This document shows, one piece after another, positions 37,205-47,337 of a stretch of 64,000 bases of DNA. The position numbers were made by a program, and so were the translations under genes. Origin of the DNA: Faecousia sp. (GTDB lineage: Bacteria > Bacillota > Clostridia > Oscillospirales > Oscillospiraceae); the NCBI GenBank assembly GCA_045599455.1, contig JAZRVX010000131.1:12186-76185 (forward strand). The letters run 5' to 3'. The notes under the pieces were generated by a model. The model searched no databases and was not told where the DNA came from. It saw only the letters and a list, made by a program, of their open reading frames with translations. Each line of letters begins with the position of its first letter. Positions within the stretch are counted from its first letter, which is position 1.

Positions 37205-37233
37205 ATTATACCGAAATATCGCCTAAAATGCAA
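37205..37233 (-). promoter_or_regulatory. sigma-A promoter of smc-ftsY...
   Basis: On the minus strand: TTGCAT (37233-37228), 17-nt spacer, TATAAT (37210-37205). Confidence 0.55.
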
Positions 37234-37255
37234 GAATTTCTTTCTATCACATAGT

Positions 37256-37285
37256 AAAAAGCGATGCCGGAAAGCATCGCTTTTT
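37256..37285 (-). terminator. rho-independent terminator ending the polysaccharide locus
   Basis: Stem agcgatgc/gcatcgct (37260-37267 / 37274-37281) flanked by an A5 run and a T5 run, so it could act bidirectionally. Confidence 0.75.
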
Positions 37286-37356
37286 ACATATAGAAAAATA
37301 TGTCATGTAACCAATCATAAGCAGTGTTTCAGATACTAAGGATTCCCAGTTAATCA

Positions 37357-37995
37357 CTAAAAGAATTTACAAATAATTTTTGCAAAAATATTCCGCACCG
37401 AGTAATAGTTACAGAACAAATCAACCGTGTCATACCGACTTGTACGGCTGTAGGTATGAGTTCCTCTTATTTCATATTTTCCTACCGGCAAATCAAATTC
37501 CATCTCATACGCTTCTACTGTCTGAATCAGCTCATCCTGATAGCCACCGTCATCAGCAAGATTCTTCGAATCATACATGGGAATGCGTCGAATTGAAGTC
37601 CAATCATAGGCAGACGCTCCCATTTTATAAATCAGCAGAGAATTATCCTTATTGCTTTCCGGAATTAAATAGTATTCTCCATCGAAGGGAAACACCAAAG
37701 GAAAGGACAGATGAAATGCCTCTGAAATCACCCTTTTCGGTCGAAAACAACAGATTTCCCCCGCTCTTTGTCTGCACTTCAAACGCTGCAAGAAAACCGT
37801 TTTTCAAAAAACAATCATATTGTTCTGCAAACAGGTAAGCTCTGCCATTGAGTTCATACACACTGGGATTTGCATACCAGTATCGAACAGACGGAGGAAC
37901 ACATACGGTATACCGAACATCATTGGAGTCTGCACTGCGCAGGGCAATTGCATAGACATTATCCGTAAGATTCTGACAAAAAAAAAATGAAGCAT
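37357..37995 (-). pseudogene. last gene of polysaccharide locus, broken by two homopolymer-associated frameshifts
   Basis: ATG 37995 is followed by a T10 run (37978-37987). The body continues in another frame (CQNLTDNVYAIALRSADSNDVRYTV...WYANPSVYELNGRAYLFAEQYD...), then returns to the first frame at a G5 run (37758-37762): ...RPKRVISEAFHLSFPLVFPFDGEYYLIPES... The ORF track shows three fragments. Confidence 0.6.
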
Positions 37996-38032
37996 AAATG
38001 CAGTACGCCTAACCTAGATTACAGTTTTTCTG

Positions 38033-39007
38033 TTAGCGAAAATCCTTATCGCATATACTCCGTGCCAGTTCTCGCATATTAACGGACTTCATACCATAAC
38101 GATCATTCAGTTCGCAATAATACGACATGATATCCTCCAGCTGCGCAAGCAACTTTTCCGTACGGTCACCCAGATTATGGGGGTGCCACCACAGGTGGTA
38201 GGATAGTCCATGCTTCGCTGCATACAGCATCTGTTTTTTTATCCGTCTTACTTTCAGCCATTCCAGGAAGAATAGGGGTCTAAAATAATACCGAAACTGA
38301 CGATTTCCAACTGTTCTCACAATTCCGTCCACAACACCCGGCTGCGGTCCGGAATAGCCGGTTAGCGGGAAATAAACATCCAAAAGGATTAATGCCCTTC
38401 GCAAAGGACGAAAATGGATTAAATTATGAATCCAGTCATCTGCCTCATCCCGAAAGACTTTGTAACCAAGTTTTTTTAAAACCTGAACATGCCCATCCGT
38501 AGACATATCCCGCGGGAAAACTACAGATTGGATATTGTAACCGTGAAATTTGGCAATTTCCATAGCGGCTGTCATATCTGCCTCAAACTGTTCCGTAGTC
38601 TGCCCGGGTTCACGGCAGTAATAATGCGAGAAAGTATGGCTTGCAATTTCCTGATTGGGGTGCTTGGAAATCTGTTTAATTACAGACGAAGAATAATAGC
38701 ATGGCGCATTCTCCTCGCTCTCGCCGGCATTTCCAAGGAAACGATAGGTATCACAGGTTCTGTCAAAATATGTCGGGCGAAGAATTTCCGGTGGGAGAAA
38801 TCTTTCAAGCTCCGACCGATTTTCAGCAAACTGGAAACCGACTGTCGCCCATGTGGCGTGGATTCCATATCTGTCAAAAAGCTCCAAAAGCTTCGGTATA
38901 GCCGCTCTGCCATTCAGAACATTTTGACAGTAGGACTCAAAACTTGCTGTGCCGGCCATTCCCCAAAAAAGTTCAAAATCCAGAGATACTACAAATGTGG
39001 GGGTCAT
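38033..39007 (-). CDS. polysaccharide deacetylase family protein (NodB-fold-like)
   Basis: MTPTFVVSLDFELFWGM...ATWATVG...EIASHTFSHY is typical of the deacetylase-like proteins of EPS loci. ATGA overlap with the upstream GT. Confidence 0.7.
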   Translation of the reverse strand: MTPTFVVSLDFELFWGMAGTASFESYCQNVLNGRAAIPKLLELFDRYGIHATWATVGFQFAENRSELERFLPPEILRPTYFDRTCDTYRFLGNAGESEENAPCYYSSSVIKQISKHPNQEIASHTFSHYYCREPGQTTEQFEADMTAAMEIAKFHGYNIQSVVFPRDMSTDGHVQVLKKLGYKVFRDEADDWIHNLIHFRPLRRALILLDVYFPLTGYSGPQPGVVDGIVRTVGNRQFRYYFRPLFFLEWLKVRRIKKQMLYAAKHGLSYHLWWHPHNLGDRTEKLLAQLEDIMSYYCELNDRYGMKSVNMRELARSICDKDFR

Positions 39008-40143
39008 CTTCCAGCCTCAACTTCTTCCATATAAATCTTTTCAACGCTCTCCAAAACAGGCTCCAATCCAAACATCCGTACTTTCTTCTGCGCAGCTTTT
39101 CCCAGTTCCGTGCGCATATCGGGTGCATCATATAAACATAAAATACTGTCAGCCAATCCACGCGGTGTAAGCAGAGAATAGATCCCTTCGACGCCATCCG
39201 AAATTAGGTCTATGTTGCCGCGAATCGCTCCGACGATTGCAGGCAAGCCACTGGTCATAGCTTCCATAAGCGCAAGAGAAAGGCCTTCCCGGAAAGAAGG
39301 GAAAATAAACGCATCTGCAGCCCCGTACAGTTCATTGACATCCGTACGATATCCCAGGAAAGACACCCTATTCTCCAGACCGAGGCGCTTCACCTTATCC
39401 TGCAGTTCCATCATACACTCTCCTCTGCCGGCAGATACGAACCGGATATGAGGGTTTTGCAGGAGTGCCAGCGCATCCAGAATCATGGAATGGTTTTTAT
39501 TGCGTGTCAGTTCCGCCACAGAAAGGAGCATAAAATCGTCTTTGCTGAAGCCAAGTTCTTTACGAATCTGCATTCGCCGCTCTTCACTGATTCCAAAGCG
39601 TTTAAAATCAACACCGACTCCGGGAATATAAAGTACACGCTTGGCGTGCATGTGCTTTCTGGCGAATTCATAGTCTTCTTTGTTAATTGTAATAAGTACA
39701 TCTGTCATAAATGCACACACCCATTCGGCCGGGAAATACATCAGCCAGTTTATCAGTGGTGCACCCTTGAAAAAATGAAAACCATGTGCCGTATAGATAA
39801 TTTTAGTTCCGCTTTTGCGAGCTTTCACAGATGCTAAGCGGGTCAGAACTGCTCCTACCGGAGTGTGGCAATGCACAATATCATAATGTCCCTGTGCAAT
39901 AAGCTTCTTAAGTGTTTTATAAGCCTGAAGATTATCTTTCTTCAGAGGATTGCGATTAAATGGAATGTTAAAATACTCATCACAATCCGGGATCAACAAA
40001 TCAGCAGGATTTTCGTAATCGTTCTTCCCCGCAACAGCAGTATGCCATCCCTTTTCATGCATCATCTTGATATACGGAAGGTGAAACTGCATTATGTGTG
40101 TCTTAACAACAGTTGCGACATAAAGGATTTTTTTCTCAGCCAT
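39004..40143 (-). CDS. GT4-family glycosyltransferase
   Basis: KILYVATVVKTHIMQFHLPY and the C-terminal GT-B signature FPSFREGLSLALMEAMTSGLPAIV. ATG 40143 overlaps the flippase stop (ATGA). Confidence 0.85.
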   Translation of the reverse strand: MAEKKILYVATVVKTHIMQFHLPYIKMMHEKGWHTAVAGKNDYENPADLLIPDCDEYFNIPFNRNPLKKDNLQAYKTLKKLIAQGHYDIVHCHTPVGAVLTRLASVKARKSGTKIIYTAHGFHFFKGAPLINWLMYFPAEWVCAFMTDVLITINKEDYEFARKHMHAKRVLYIPGVGVDFKRFGISEERRMQIRKELGFSKDDFMLLSVAELTRNKNHSMILDALALLQNPHIRFVSAGRGECMMELQDKVKRLGLENRVSFLGYRTDVNELYGAADAFIFPSFREGLSLALMEAMTSGLPAIVGAIRGNIDLISDGVEGIYSLLTPRGLADSILCLYDAPDMRTELGKAAQKKVRMFGLEPVLESVEKIYMEEVEAGR

Positions 40144-41531
40144 CAAATCAAAACCTTTCTTTTACGGATTCGCAACAGCTCCCAAATGCCTATGAATGCC
40201 CCGATTGACCATCGTGCAAACCAAACTCTGTCCAGCAAAAAAGACACACCAATCATCAAAAAAAATACAAACGCATATTGAAGAATCTTTCCTGTTGTAA
40301 ACGGATACCATCCGCATCGCATAACAAAAGATGCATAGAACTGGTGAACAACAAATTGAAGCATATGCGAAAGCATAGTCGCAATAACAGCGCCTAGCAA
40401 TCCCATGGAACGGATAAAAATATAATTCAGCCCGATATTAACCACTGCAGAAACTACTGTTACTACAGAAACCATGCGAACCTTCATATGATAGTGCTCG
40501 AAACTAACCGAGAATGTGCATAAAAAATTCAGATAATAGCTTGCAACAAATACCGGAATCAACTTAGTTCCAAGCCAATAATCTTCAGAAGCAAAAATGT
40601 GAAATACCTCTTTCGTTAGAAGAACAAAGCCAATCGACAGTACTGTGAAAAGCTCCAGAAAGTTTTTTGCCTTTGCATTCACTGCTTCCGTATTTCCGGA
40701 CTTCATATCATCGAAAAAAAACGGAACCCAGCTTTTATTAAATGCACCGAAAATAGTAAATATAATTCCGCTGAATGTATACGCAAGTCCATAGATACCA
40801 CTTGCGGAATCACCAAGATAATCCCTTACCATAACCAGGTCACTATGCCCCAGTACAAGGTAGGAAAGATTCATAAACATTAGCGGGAATACCAACCCAA
40901 GAGCAAACCGCCAGTAGGCAAAACTGAAAAAAGTTCTTCCTTTGTAAAGGATGTATCCACAAGCTCCGAGACCTAATACACCATAGGTAATCGCGTTTCC
41001 GAGAATCCGCCCGAAATACCGCTGTTCTGCGGGCATGGACAATACAAGCACAAGAGACAATCCGAGGGAAGTCAAAACAATTATCAGTGACGAAAGCATG
41101 TTCCGACCGGCCTTCAATTCGTATTGAAGCTTTGTATTCAAAAAGTTCATGCAGAAGGAGCCGAACGACTGTACCATGACCAAAAGAATCAAACCGTAGC
41201 TAAGCTTTACAAGCGCTGCAATAGGCTTGATAAATACAAAAATAATAGTAGAAATTAATGCACAGGTAACCAGCGAAAGCATCATCACCGCAGATTGATA
41301 CCTCTGCTGTTCCTCGTCAGAATATTTCACCTTTGCATAAATAAGCGTTGCATCCGTCTGGAGTGTTGCGATAATTGTCATGGCATTCATCCAGACCGTG
41401 TAGGTCGACATGATACCATAGCCGCTTGTGCCAAGCAGACGCGAAAACAAGGGAGATGTAAAGATGGAAATACCCGTTAAAATAAGGGTACTGGCTATAT
41501 TCAGAATTGTCACTCGGTTTTGTTTGTTCAT
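40143..41531 (-). CDS. wzx: Wzx-type oligosaccharide flippase (MOP superfamily)
   Basis: 462 aa with about 12-14 TM segments. The N-terminus NIASTLILTGISIFTSPLFSRLLGTSGYG is typical of polysaccharide biosynthesis/export proteins. Confidence 0.8.
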   Translation of the reverse strand: MNKQNRVTILNIASTLILTGISIFTSPLFSRLLGTSGYGIMSTYTVWMNAMTIIATLQTDATLIYAKVKYSDEEQQRYQSAVMMLSLVTCALISTIIFVFIKPIAALVKLSYGLILLVMVQSFGSFCMNFLNTKLQYELKAGRNMLSSLIIVLTSLGLSLVLVLSMPAEQRYFGRILGNAITYGVLGLGACGYILYKGRTFFSFAYWRFALGLVFPLMFMNLSYLVLGHSDLVMVRDYLGDSASGIYGLAYTFSGIIFTIFGAFNKSWVPFFFDDMKSGNTEAVNAKAKNFLELFTVLSIGFVLLTKEVFHIFASEDYWLGTKLIPVFVASYYLNFLCTFSVSFEHYHMKVRMVSVVTVVSAVVNIGLNYIFIRSMGLLGAVIATMLSHMLQFVVHQFYASFVMRCGWYPFTTGKILQYAFVFFLMIGVSFLLDRVWFARWSIGAFIGIWELLRIRKRKVLI

Positions 41532-41535
41532 GAAA

Positions 41536-42534
41536 TCAGGCTCTTTTTAAAAAATGGAAAATAGTTCTCGGAAAACGGTATAAATTGAAAGAAAGCAAGA
41601 AATAATCTCTCTTTTGTGAAAATGTAAAATAAGGATACCGCAGGAAAAAGCCAATCTGACTACGAAGTATTGATCGATATTTCCGACATTGCTCTATATA
41701 CTTTCGACGAACATCTGACGAAGAAATATCAATCATCTGAACCGTCCAGCCTAACGCGCGCACGCGCAAATATTTAGCTGCATTTAAAATTTCGGGATGC
41801 ACCCTTGCAATAATGGGAACAATCTTCAATGCAGTTTCGGGGAAAAAAAAAGCTTTTTCAGAAAACGCAGTCGTTGTTATACTTCCGGGTCGATGATAAT
41901 AGTGATAGAACGGGAAACTTCCAAGCGCGCATTGTCCGGCGCGCAGTGCAAGACGATAGGTAACCGGCAAATCCTCGACAATTACATTTTCCGGATAACG
42001 AATATCGTCAAACAGTGACCGCGCATACAGTTTATCCCACGCTGCGCTGTCGAGATTATGCCAGTGAAAGATTCGAGAAACCATCTCTTCACCGGAAATC
42101 ACTTCTTCTACTTCCGGGCAAAGACCAATCGTTTCTAAACCGGTTGCACCATCCACATCATAGCGACCCGCGCAAACAAAGGCAACCCGATATTTATGAG
42201 CCAGTGCAAGGAGCTTCTCATAACAATCGGTATCCACCCAGTCATCACTATCCACAAATGTGATGAATTCCCCGATGGCGATATCAATTCCGGCATTTCG
42301 GGCGGAGCTGAGCCCACCGTTAGATTTATGAATTACTCTGATTCGGGAATCCTCACGCGCGTATTTTTCACAAATTTCACCACACCTGTCAGGACTTCCG
42401 TCATCTACCAGAATGATTTCAAGATTTGTATAGGTCTGATGAAGCAAAGAGTCTACACAACGGGGCAGAAATTGCTCGACCTTATAGACCGGCACAATTA
42501 CACTGATTAAAGGTTTTTCTTCCATGATTTTCAT
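41536..42534 (-). CDS. GT2-family glycosyltransferase
   Basis: ISVIVPVYKVEQFLPRCVDSLLHQTY, ILVDDGSPD and FVDSDDW. Confidence 0.85.
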   Translation of the reverse strand: MKIMEEKPLISVIVPVYKVEQFLPRCVDSLLHQTYTNLEIILVDDGSPDRCGEICEKYAREDSRIRVIHKSNGGLSSARNAGIDIAIGEFITFVDSDDWVDTDCYEKLLALAHKYRVAFVCAGRYDVDGATGLETIGLCPEVEEVISGEEMVSRIFHWHNLDSAAWDKLYARSLFDDIRYPENVIVEDLPVTYRLALRAGQCALGSFPFYHYYHRPGSITTTAFSEKAFFFPETALKIVPIIARVHPEILNAAKYLRVRALGWTVQMIDISSSDVRRKYIEQCRKYRSILRSQIGFFLRYPYFTFSQKRDYFLLSFNLYRFPRTIFHFLKRA

Positions 42535-43788
42535 TCAGCATGCTGATGCAATCTGTGCGTAGACTGCAAGCAAATCTTTCAAATTTTTTTCCGGGTTATG
42601 GGTAATGCGTGCATGTTTCGTAGCCAATGCCCCGAGCTGCTCAGCTTCATCCTGCATGGCAAATATCTTCATGATTGACTTTGCAAGCTCCGAAGAATCA
42701 CGGATAATGATTCCCTCCTCAGGAGTAATCATCGTAGATACTCCACCCACATCGGAGGCCACACAGGGTACACCCAATAGCATGGCTTCCCCCAATGAGT
42801 TGGGGGAATTTTCGATAACCGATGGAAGTACAAAAACATTTGCACAGAGCATTTGCTTTTTCATTCCCTCTTCGGTGAGATGTCCGGTAAAAAACACTTT
42901 ATTTTTCAGTCGCAGCCTATTCGTAAGTCTTATCATGTACCATTGATAGGCTTGTATACGAAGTAAATCCTTCAGATTCTTAGGATAATATCCACCACCG
43001 GGTACTGTAACAGTCGCATCCGGGTACTGTTTAACAATCTCCGCAAGTGCTTCAATCAGGAAATGAAATCCTTTAATAGGATAGGCGCAGCTGGAGGAGA
43101 AAATGGAATGCTTCTGACATGAAGCATACTCCCACGAGTCAGAATAAAATGAATTGCGAAGTGTTTCATTACAGAAATGATAAATTCTATCCGGGTTAAT
43201 CTTTTCAGTCCAATCATAATCCCAGTGAGTTCTGCCGATTACATGACGAACCTTTGAGAGCGCTTTTAATTCAAGCTCCCCCCGCAATGAAAAAACCTTT
43301 TTCTGTTCTGAAATACCATCATGCCGAAGCAAATCTCGAACTGTCTGAAAACGAACAACCCTCTGCGGAAGCCCTGCTTCATAGGAAGATGCACACACAC
43401 TGATTAACCCCTGTATGCTCACTACTACACGCCCCAGCAAGCCCATATTCTCAGCAGCATTCACCATCGCAAGGGTATGACCGTATTCCGTACCCCAGAT
43501 ATGAATTACATCCGGACAAAATGATGCCAAAACATCCGCAAACTGTGCTTGAAGCTCAGGATAATACTGTTGCGGTTTTTCCTCCTCAAAAACAGAATAC
43601 GCAAGGCAATCTGACACTTTTCCTGATCTATTTGTATTCCCGCGACAAAGAACGACAATATCCATCTCCGGCACATTCATCAAATCCGAGAGTACATGAT
43701 TAAGCCACAAACCGGAACCGGAATCATTCTGTCCCATTGCAACACGGACACACCCCGGAACCATATTGCACAGAATCAAAAGTTTCAT
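42535..43788 (-). CDS. GT4-family glycosyltransferase
   Basis: C-terminal LPSVIENSPNSLGEAMLLGVPCVASDVGG. GAGG RBS. Confidence 0.8.
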   Translation of the reverse strand: MKLLILCNMVPGCVRVAMGQNDSGSGLWLNHVLSDLMNVPEMDIVVLCRGNTNRSGKVSDCLAYSVFEEEKPQQYYPELQAQFADVLASFCPDVIHIWGTEYGHTLAMVNAAENMGLLGRVVVSIQGLISVCASSYEAGLPQRVVRFQTVRDLLRHDGISEQKKVFSLRGELELKALSKVRHVIGRTHWDYDWTEKINPDRIYHFCNETLRNSFYSDSWEYASCQKHSIFSSSCAYPIKGFHFLIEALAEIVKQYPDATVTVPGGGYYPKNLKDLLRIQAYQWYMIRLTNRLRLKNKVFFTGHLTEEGMKKQMLCANVFVLPSVIENSPNSLGEAMLLGVPCVASDVGGVSTMITPEEGIIIRDSSELAKSIMKIFAMQDEAEQLGALATKHARITHNPEKNLKDLLAVYAQIASAC

Positions 43789-43831
43789 TTTATAACCTCA
43801 TATTTTACCGTATTGCTCATACAAAAGGCAT

Positions 43832-44992
43832 CTAACAAATCTCATTTAATAAATCAATTATTTTTTTTGCCTGAACATAATTATTCTTATTCTTCAAAAC
43901 AAAAGCTCTTGCCACTTCACCCATAGAAAAAAGCTTTTCATCGCTGTGACAAAGAACTGAACGCAAAGCATTTGCAAGTCCTTCAGGTGTCTCAACCTCG
44001 ATAATATTCAGATACGAATGGTATTCACCGGGCATTCCGGGAAGGTCAGTCGTGAGAACAGGCGTCCCGGAAGCCATATACTCCATCGTCTTAGACGGGA
44101 AAGAATATTTCACAAATTCTTCGTGAGTGGGTCGAGGGTTAATCAAAAGCGTGGCTTCCATCTCCTTCTGTACAACCTCACTGCTGAAAAGCATGCCGCC
44201 ATAATGAACCGAAGGATCAATCCGGGATATTCTTTCTATCTCCGAGACATAATCGCCGGGGCCATAAATATCCAAACGGCAATTCTCGAGAGCGGCAAGA
44301 CGGAATCCTTCAACAAGGTAATCAAGGCCATACTGCTTGCTGACACCGCCGGCATAAAGGCAAATTCTGGGTTTTGTCTTCTTTTGTAAATCCGGAACAA
44401 AACTGCCCATGGACTTATCACAGTGACCTTCCAAAACTACATATGGTTTCCCGCCGGGATTCAGCCGTCCATTCATGGCCTCTGTAAGGAAAACATAATC
44501 TGTACACCCGGATATTACCATATTGGCAAGAGCTTTCGATGTTTTTCCGCCGCCGAGCATATCCGGTAAATCCGTGACAATTCCCACACAGCGCACTCTG
44601 CGGAGCTTAGAAGCTAACAATGCAGACAATCCTGTCGTGCGATTCAGGCAGTCAATGATAACCGCATCACCTTTACGCAAACGGAAAAGGGTTCTAAAAA
44701 AAACACCCACTGCATTGCTTATCTGACGAAGGAGCGGATTACGCCAAGCCGAAATGTAGGTGTAATGTGCACCCCCCTCTTCTTCACTGTGGGGAGATAT
44801 CACATGCGATGACATCAACGAAGCATTCAGCGGCAATGTTGCAATAACATCAACATCCGCACTTTGGCTAAGTCCCTCAATCAAGAGGCGATGATATTTC
44901 TGCGACTGAAAAGCAGGCTTATTTTTGACATTGGAAAACAATTCCCTATACAGCCTGTCAGAGCAGGTTGTCACCGCATAAACAATATGCAT
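43832..44992 (-). CDS. GT4-family glycosyltransferase
   Basis: GT-B C-terminal motif KYSFPSKTMEYMASGTPVLTTDLPG. AGGAG RBS. Confidence 0.75.
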   Translation of the reverse strand: MHIVYAVTTCSDRLYRELFSNVKNKPAFQSQKYHRLLIEGLSQSADVDVIATLPLNASLMSSHVISPHSEEEGGAHYTYISAWRNPLLRQISNAVGVFFRTLFRLRKGDAVIIDCLNRTTGLSALLASKLRRVRCVGIVTDLPDMLGGGKTSKALANMVISGCTDYVFLTEAMNGRLNPGGKPYVVLEGHCDKSMGSFVPDLQKKTKPRICLYAGGVSKQYGLDYLVEGFRLAALENCRLDIYGPGDYVSEIERISRIDPSVHYGGMLFSSEVVQKEMEATLLINPRPTHEEFVKYSFPSKTMEYMASGTPVLTTDLPGMPGEYHSYLNIIEVETPEGLANALRSVLCHSDEKLFSMGEVARAFVLKNKNNYVQAKKIIDLLNEIC

Positions 44993-45005
44993 AGCACTCT
45001 CCTAA

Positions 45006-46091
45006 TTACAGAATTTCCGCGTGCACTTTTGCCATATTTTCGATGGTATATCCGGAAATGGCTTCAAAGGAAGCCTGTCCCATGGCAGACAAATCGTCGG
45101 TTAGCATTTTTTCTATGGCATCATGCAAAGCTTTCGCATCATTAACAGGGACAATATAGCCATTCACACCCTCTCGGACAAGCTCAAGCCCTGCAACACA
45201 GCGATTGGTCGTAACTATCGGCAAACCGAAAGCCATGGCTTCATTGATGACAAGCCCCCATATATCCTCGCGTGTAGGCAACACAAACAAATCAGAAGCC
45301 GTGTAGTATTTTGAAAGTGCTTCTTTCGTTTGAAAGCCTACGAAGTGTACATTTTCAAGACCTAATTGTTCACGAAGGGCAATATACTCTTCACTTGGTT
45401 CGCTGCCGATGATGTAAATACCCACACGATTCGGCAGCCCCAAAGCTGCATTCAGTAAAACATCAAAGCCTTTTCTGGGAATGAACTGCCCAATCGACAA
45501 AACTACTTTTTCCTCGGACATACCGAGTTCTGTCCGACAATTCTGTTTTTGCAAAGGAGATGGAACAGACTCCGGAAGCTCCGAAGCAAACCAAGATGCA
45601 AACGGGTAACACCGAATACGGTCTTCATTTGCTCCATAATGGATTAAGTACTCCGTTGTGGGCTTTCCGCTGCTTAAATAAAGAGAAGCACCACGGATTG
45701 CCCATGTCTTCACCATCTTCTGAAGCTTGCCGTCCGCCCGAATCAGGCCGCCGTCTACCTCCATCACATAGGGAATATGCCTGATTTTCAGGTAGGCTAA
45801 TGCCATAAGCTCTGTTGGATGGGCATATCCGCAAATCACAATTCTGTCATAATCTTTTTTTAGCCATGAAATGATACTTGGACATACAATTCTACTTCCG
45901 ATTTTTTTCTGCTCAAGCTCCACAAATTTTGCTTTTCCGGAACCTTCCACAAACCATGAGGCATCCCGATGCTTCATCTGCTCTTTTTTCTCTGACAGCA
46001 GTACTGTTACATCGGCATACTGCGCAAGACAGTCGAAAAAGGAAACCTTATAGGGTGATGCATATCCGGTCAGGAAAAGATACTTTTTCAT
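45006..46091 (-). CDS. GT4-family glycosyltransferase
   Basis: LPTREDIWGLVINEAMAFGLPIVTT. ATG 46091 has GGAGG upstream and an ATGA overlap with the polymerase gene. The ORF-track start (46151) is rejected. Confidence 0.8.
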   Translation of the reverse strand: MKKYLFLTGYASPYKVSFFDCLAQYADVTVLLSEKKEQMKHRDASWFVEGSGKAKFVELEQKKIGSRIVCPSIISWLKKDYDRIVICGYAHPTELMALAYLKIRHIPYVMEVDGGLIRADGKLQKMVKTWAIRGASLYLSSGKPTTEYLIHYGANEDRIRCYPFASWFASELPESVPSPLQKQNCRTELGMSEEKVVLSIGQFIPRKGFDVLLNAALGLPNRVGIYIIGSEPSEEYIALREQLGLENVHFVGFQTKEALSKYYTASDLFVLPTREDIWGLVINEAMAFGLPIVTTNRCVAGLELVREGVNGYIVPVNDAKALHDAIEKMLTDDLSAMGQASFEAISGYTIENMAKVHAEIL

Positions 46092-47332
46092 ATCTCTCCT
46101 CCGCGGCACCCAAGGATTTTTTCGCATACGGCCATAATGGGAAAAAGCCATAGGAAAATGTCTGCAATCAAATTTTCCGTATTAAATGCCATTGCCAAAA
46201 TCAAAGCAAACAGCAAATTGTAAACCACGCACCTATTTCGCTTCCATGTAAGGGTAATCCAAGAACCAATATGCAGCAATGCACCGAATACACCAAACAT
46301 CGCCATTACGATTGTGGTGGAGCTGGTGTTATTCAAAATGTCCGGATGGTACAGAATTGTGGAAACCTTTTGACCGACAAGCGGAGACTGTAAAAATAAT
46401 TTTGAATTTACGATAATAGAGCCGAATCGGTCGGTCACCGAATCTCCTCCCATGGAAAACTTGTGCTTCAGCATCCAAATTTCACCCCAAATCGGGCCGT
46501 CAATCCAGTGAATAATGTTATAAGCAGCCACCAACACAAGTATGGAGCCGATAGCAATAAATTGACCGTGGCGGGTTTTATACCATCCTTTTTCAAAAAA
46601 CAGCACGACAACCAATAGAGCCATTTCGACAATGCCGCCATAAGCCAAGGTAGTAAGCATAGTAAGTCCAAGGAGAATATTGATTAGCCAGTAAAAGCCA
46701 CATTTCTCCCATTCACAGATATCGTTGTGTAAATACAGTGCCAGAATCAGGAAAAACTGGTAGGCACCGGGTTCACGAAAAATTCCAAGGTTGCGCCATT
46801 TTAAACTCCCAATATATACAGCAGATACCATATAGTTATAATACGCAGTATTTTGGGCATTCACAATTACCGGCGGCACTGCAATCCCCGCATCCGCAAT
46901 AAAGCGAAAACAGTAGGTACACAGCAGCGACGCGCACGCGAGCAGACCCATGACAATTACATAAAGTCTGGATAATGTGCGAATATCTACCCAGAAGGTA
47001 ACCGTCACAGAATACACCAAGGCAAACAACACGCTGAAATACATCATCTGCCAGTCACGCTTTGCAAGCATTGGGAAAAGAAAGATTACCGCAAGAGCTA
47101 TGACAAACAAAGTGCGTTTATTCGATGCAAGTGATACAAGCCGGCTCCTGTTGCGCCATATTAAAATGGAAAATCCAACGATAAAAAGAAAAATTTGCAA
47201 AAGATACGAGGGTAGGAATCCAATCACAATATTGCTGAGCAGGCTGTCTCTGCACAGATACAGCATCGCAAGCAACCATAGCGCCCACACGCAGTTATAT
47301 GCTTTATTCCCCGTAAGTGTCAAATTGTGCAT
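46088..47332 (-). CDS. wzy: O-antigen ligase/Wzy-like polysaccharide polymerase
   Basis: 414-aa protein with 10 or more TM segments, visibly A+T-rich. It sits in the Wzy position between GT genes. No sequence motif was verified. Confidence 0.65.
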   Translation of the reverse strand: MHNLTLTGNKAYNCVWALWLLAMLYLCRDSLLSNIVIGFLPSYLLQIFLFIVGFSILIWRNRSRLVSLASNKRTLFVIALAVIFLFPMLAKRDWQMMYFSVLFALVYSVTVTFWVDIRTLSRLYVIVMGLLACASLLCTYCFRFIADAGIAVPPVIVNAQNTAYYNYMVSAVYIGSLKWRNLGIFREPGAYQFFLILALYLHNDICEWEKCGFYWLINILLGLTMLTTLAYGGIVEMALLVVVLFFEKGWYKTRHGQFIAIGSILVLVAAYNIIHWIDGPIWGEIWMLKHKFSMGGDSVTDRFGSIIVNSKLFLQSPLVGQKVSTILYHPDILNNTSSTTIVMAMFGVFGALLHIGSWITLTWKRNRCVVYNLLFALILAMAFNTENLIADIFLWLFPIMAVCEKILGCRGGEI

Positions 47333-47337
47333 ATATT

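Noticed and set aside
37649-37995. ORF-track fragments 37804-37995 and 37649-37861 as independent small genes.
   Set aside because: They overlap each other and the 37357-37791 ORF. Together they reconstitute one protein once single-base changes are made at the T10 and G5 tracts, so I treat them as one disrupted gene.
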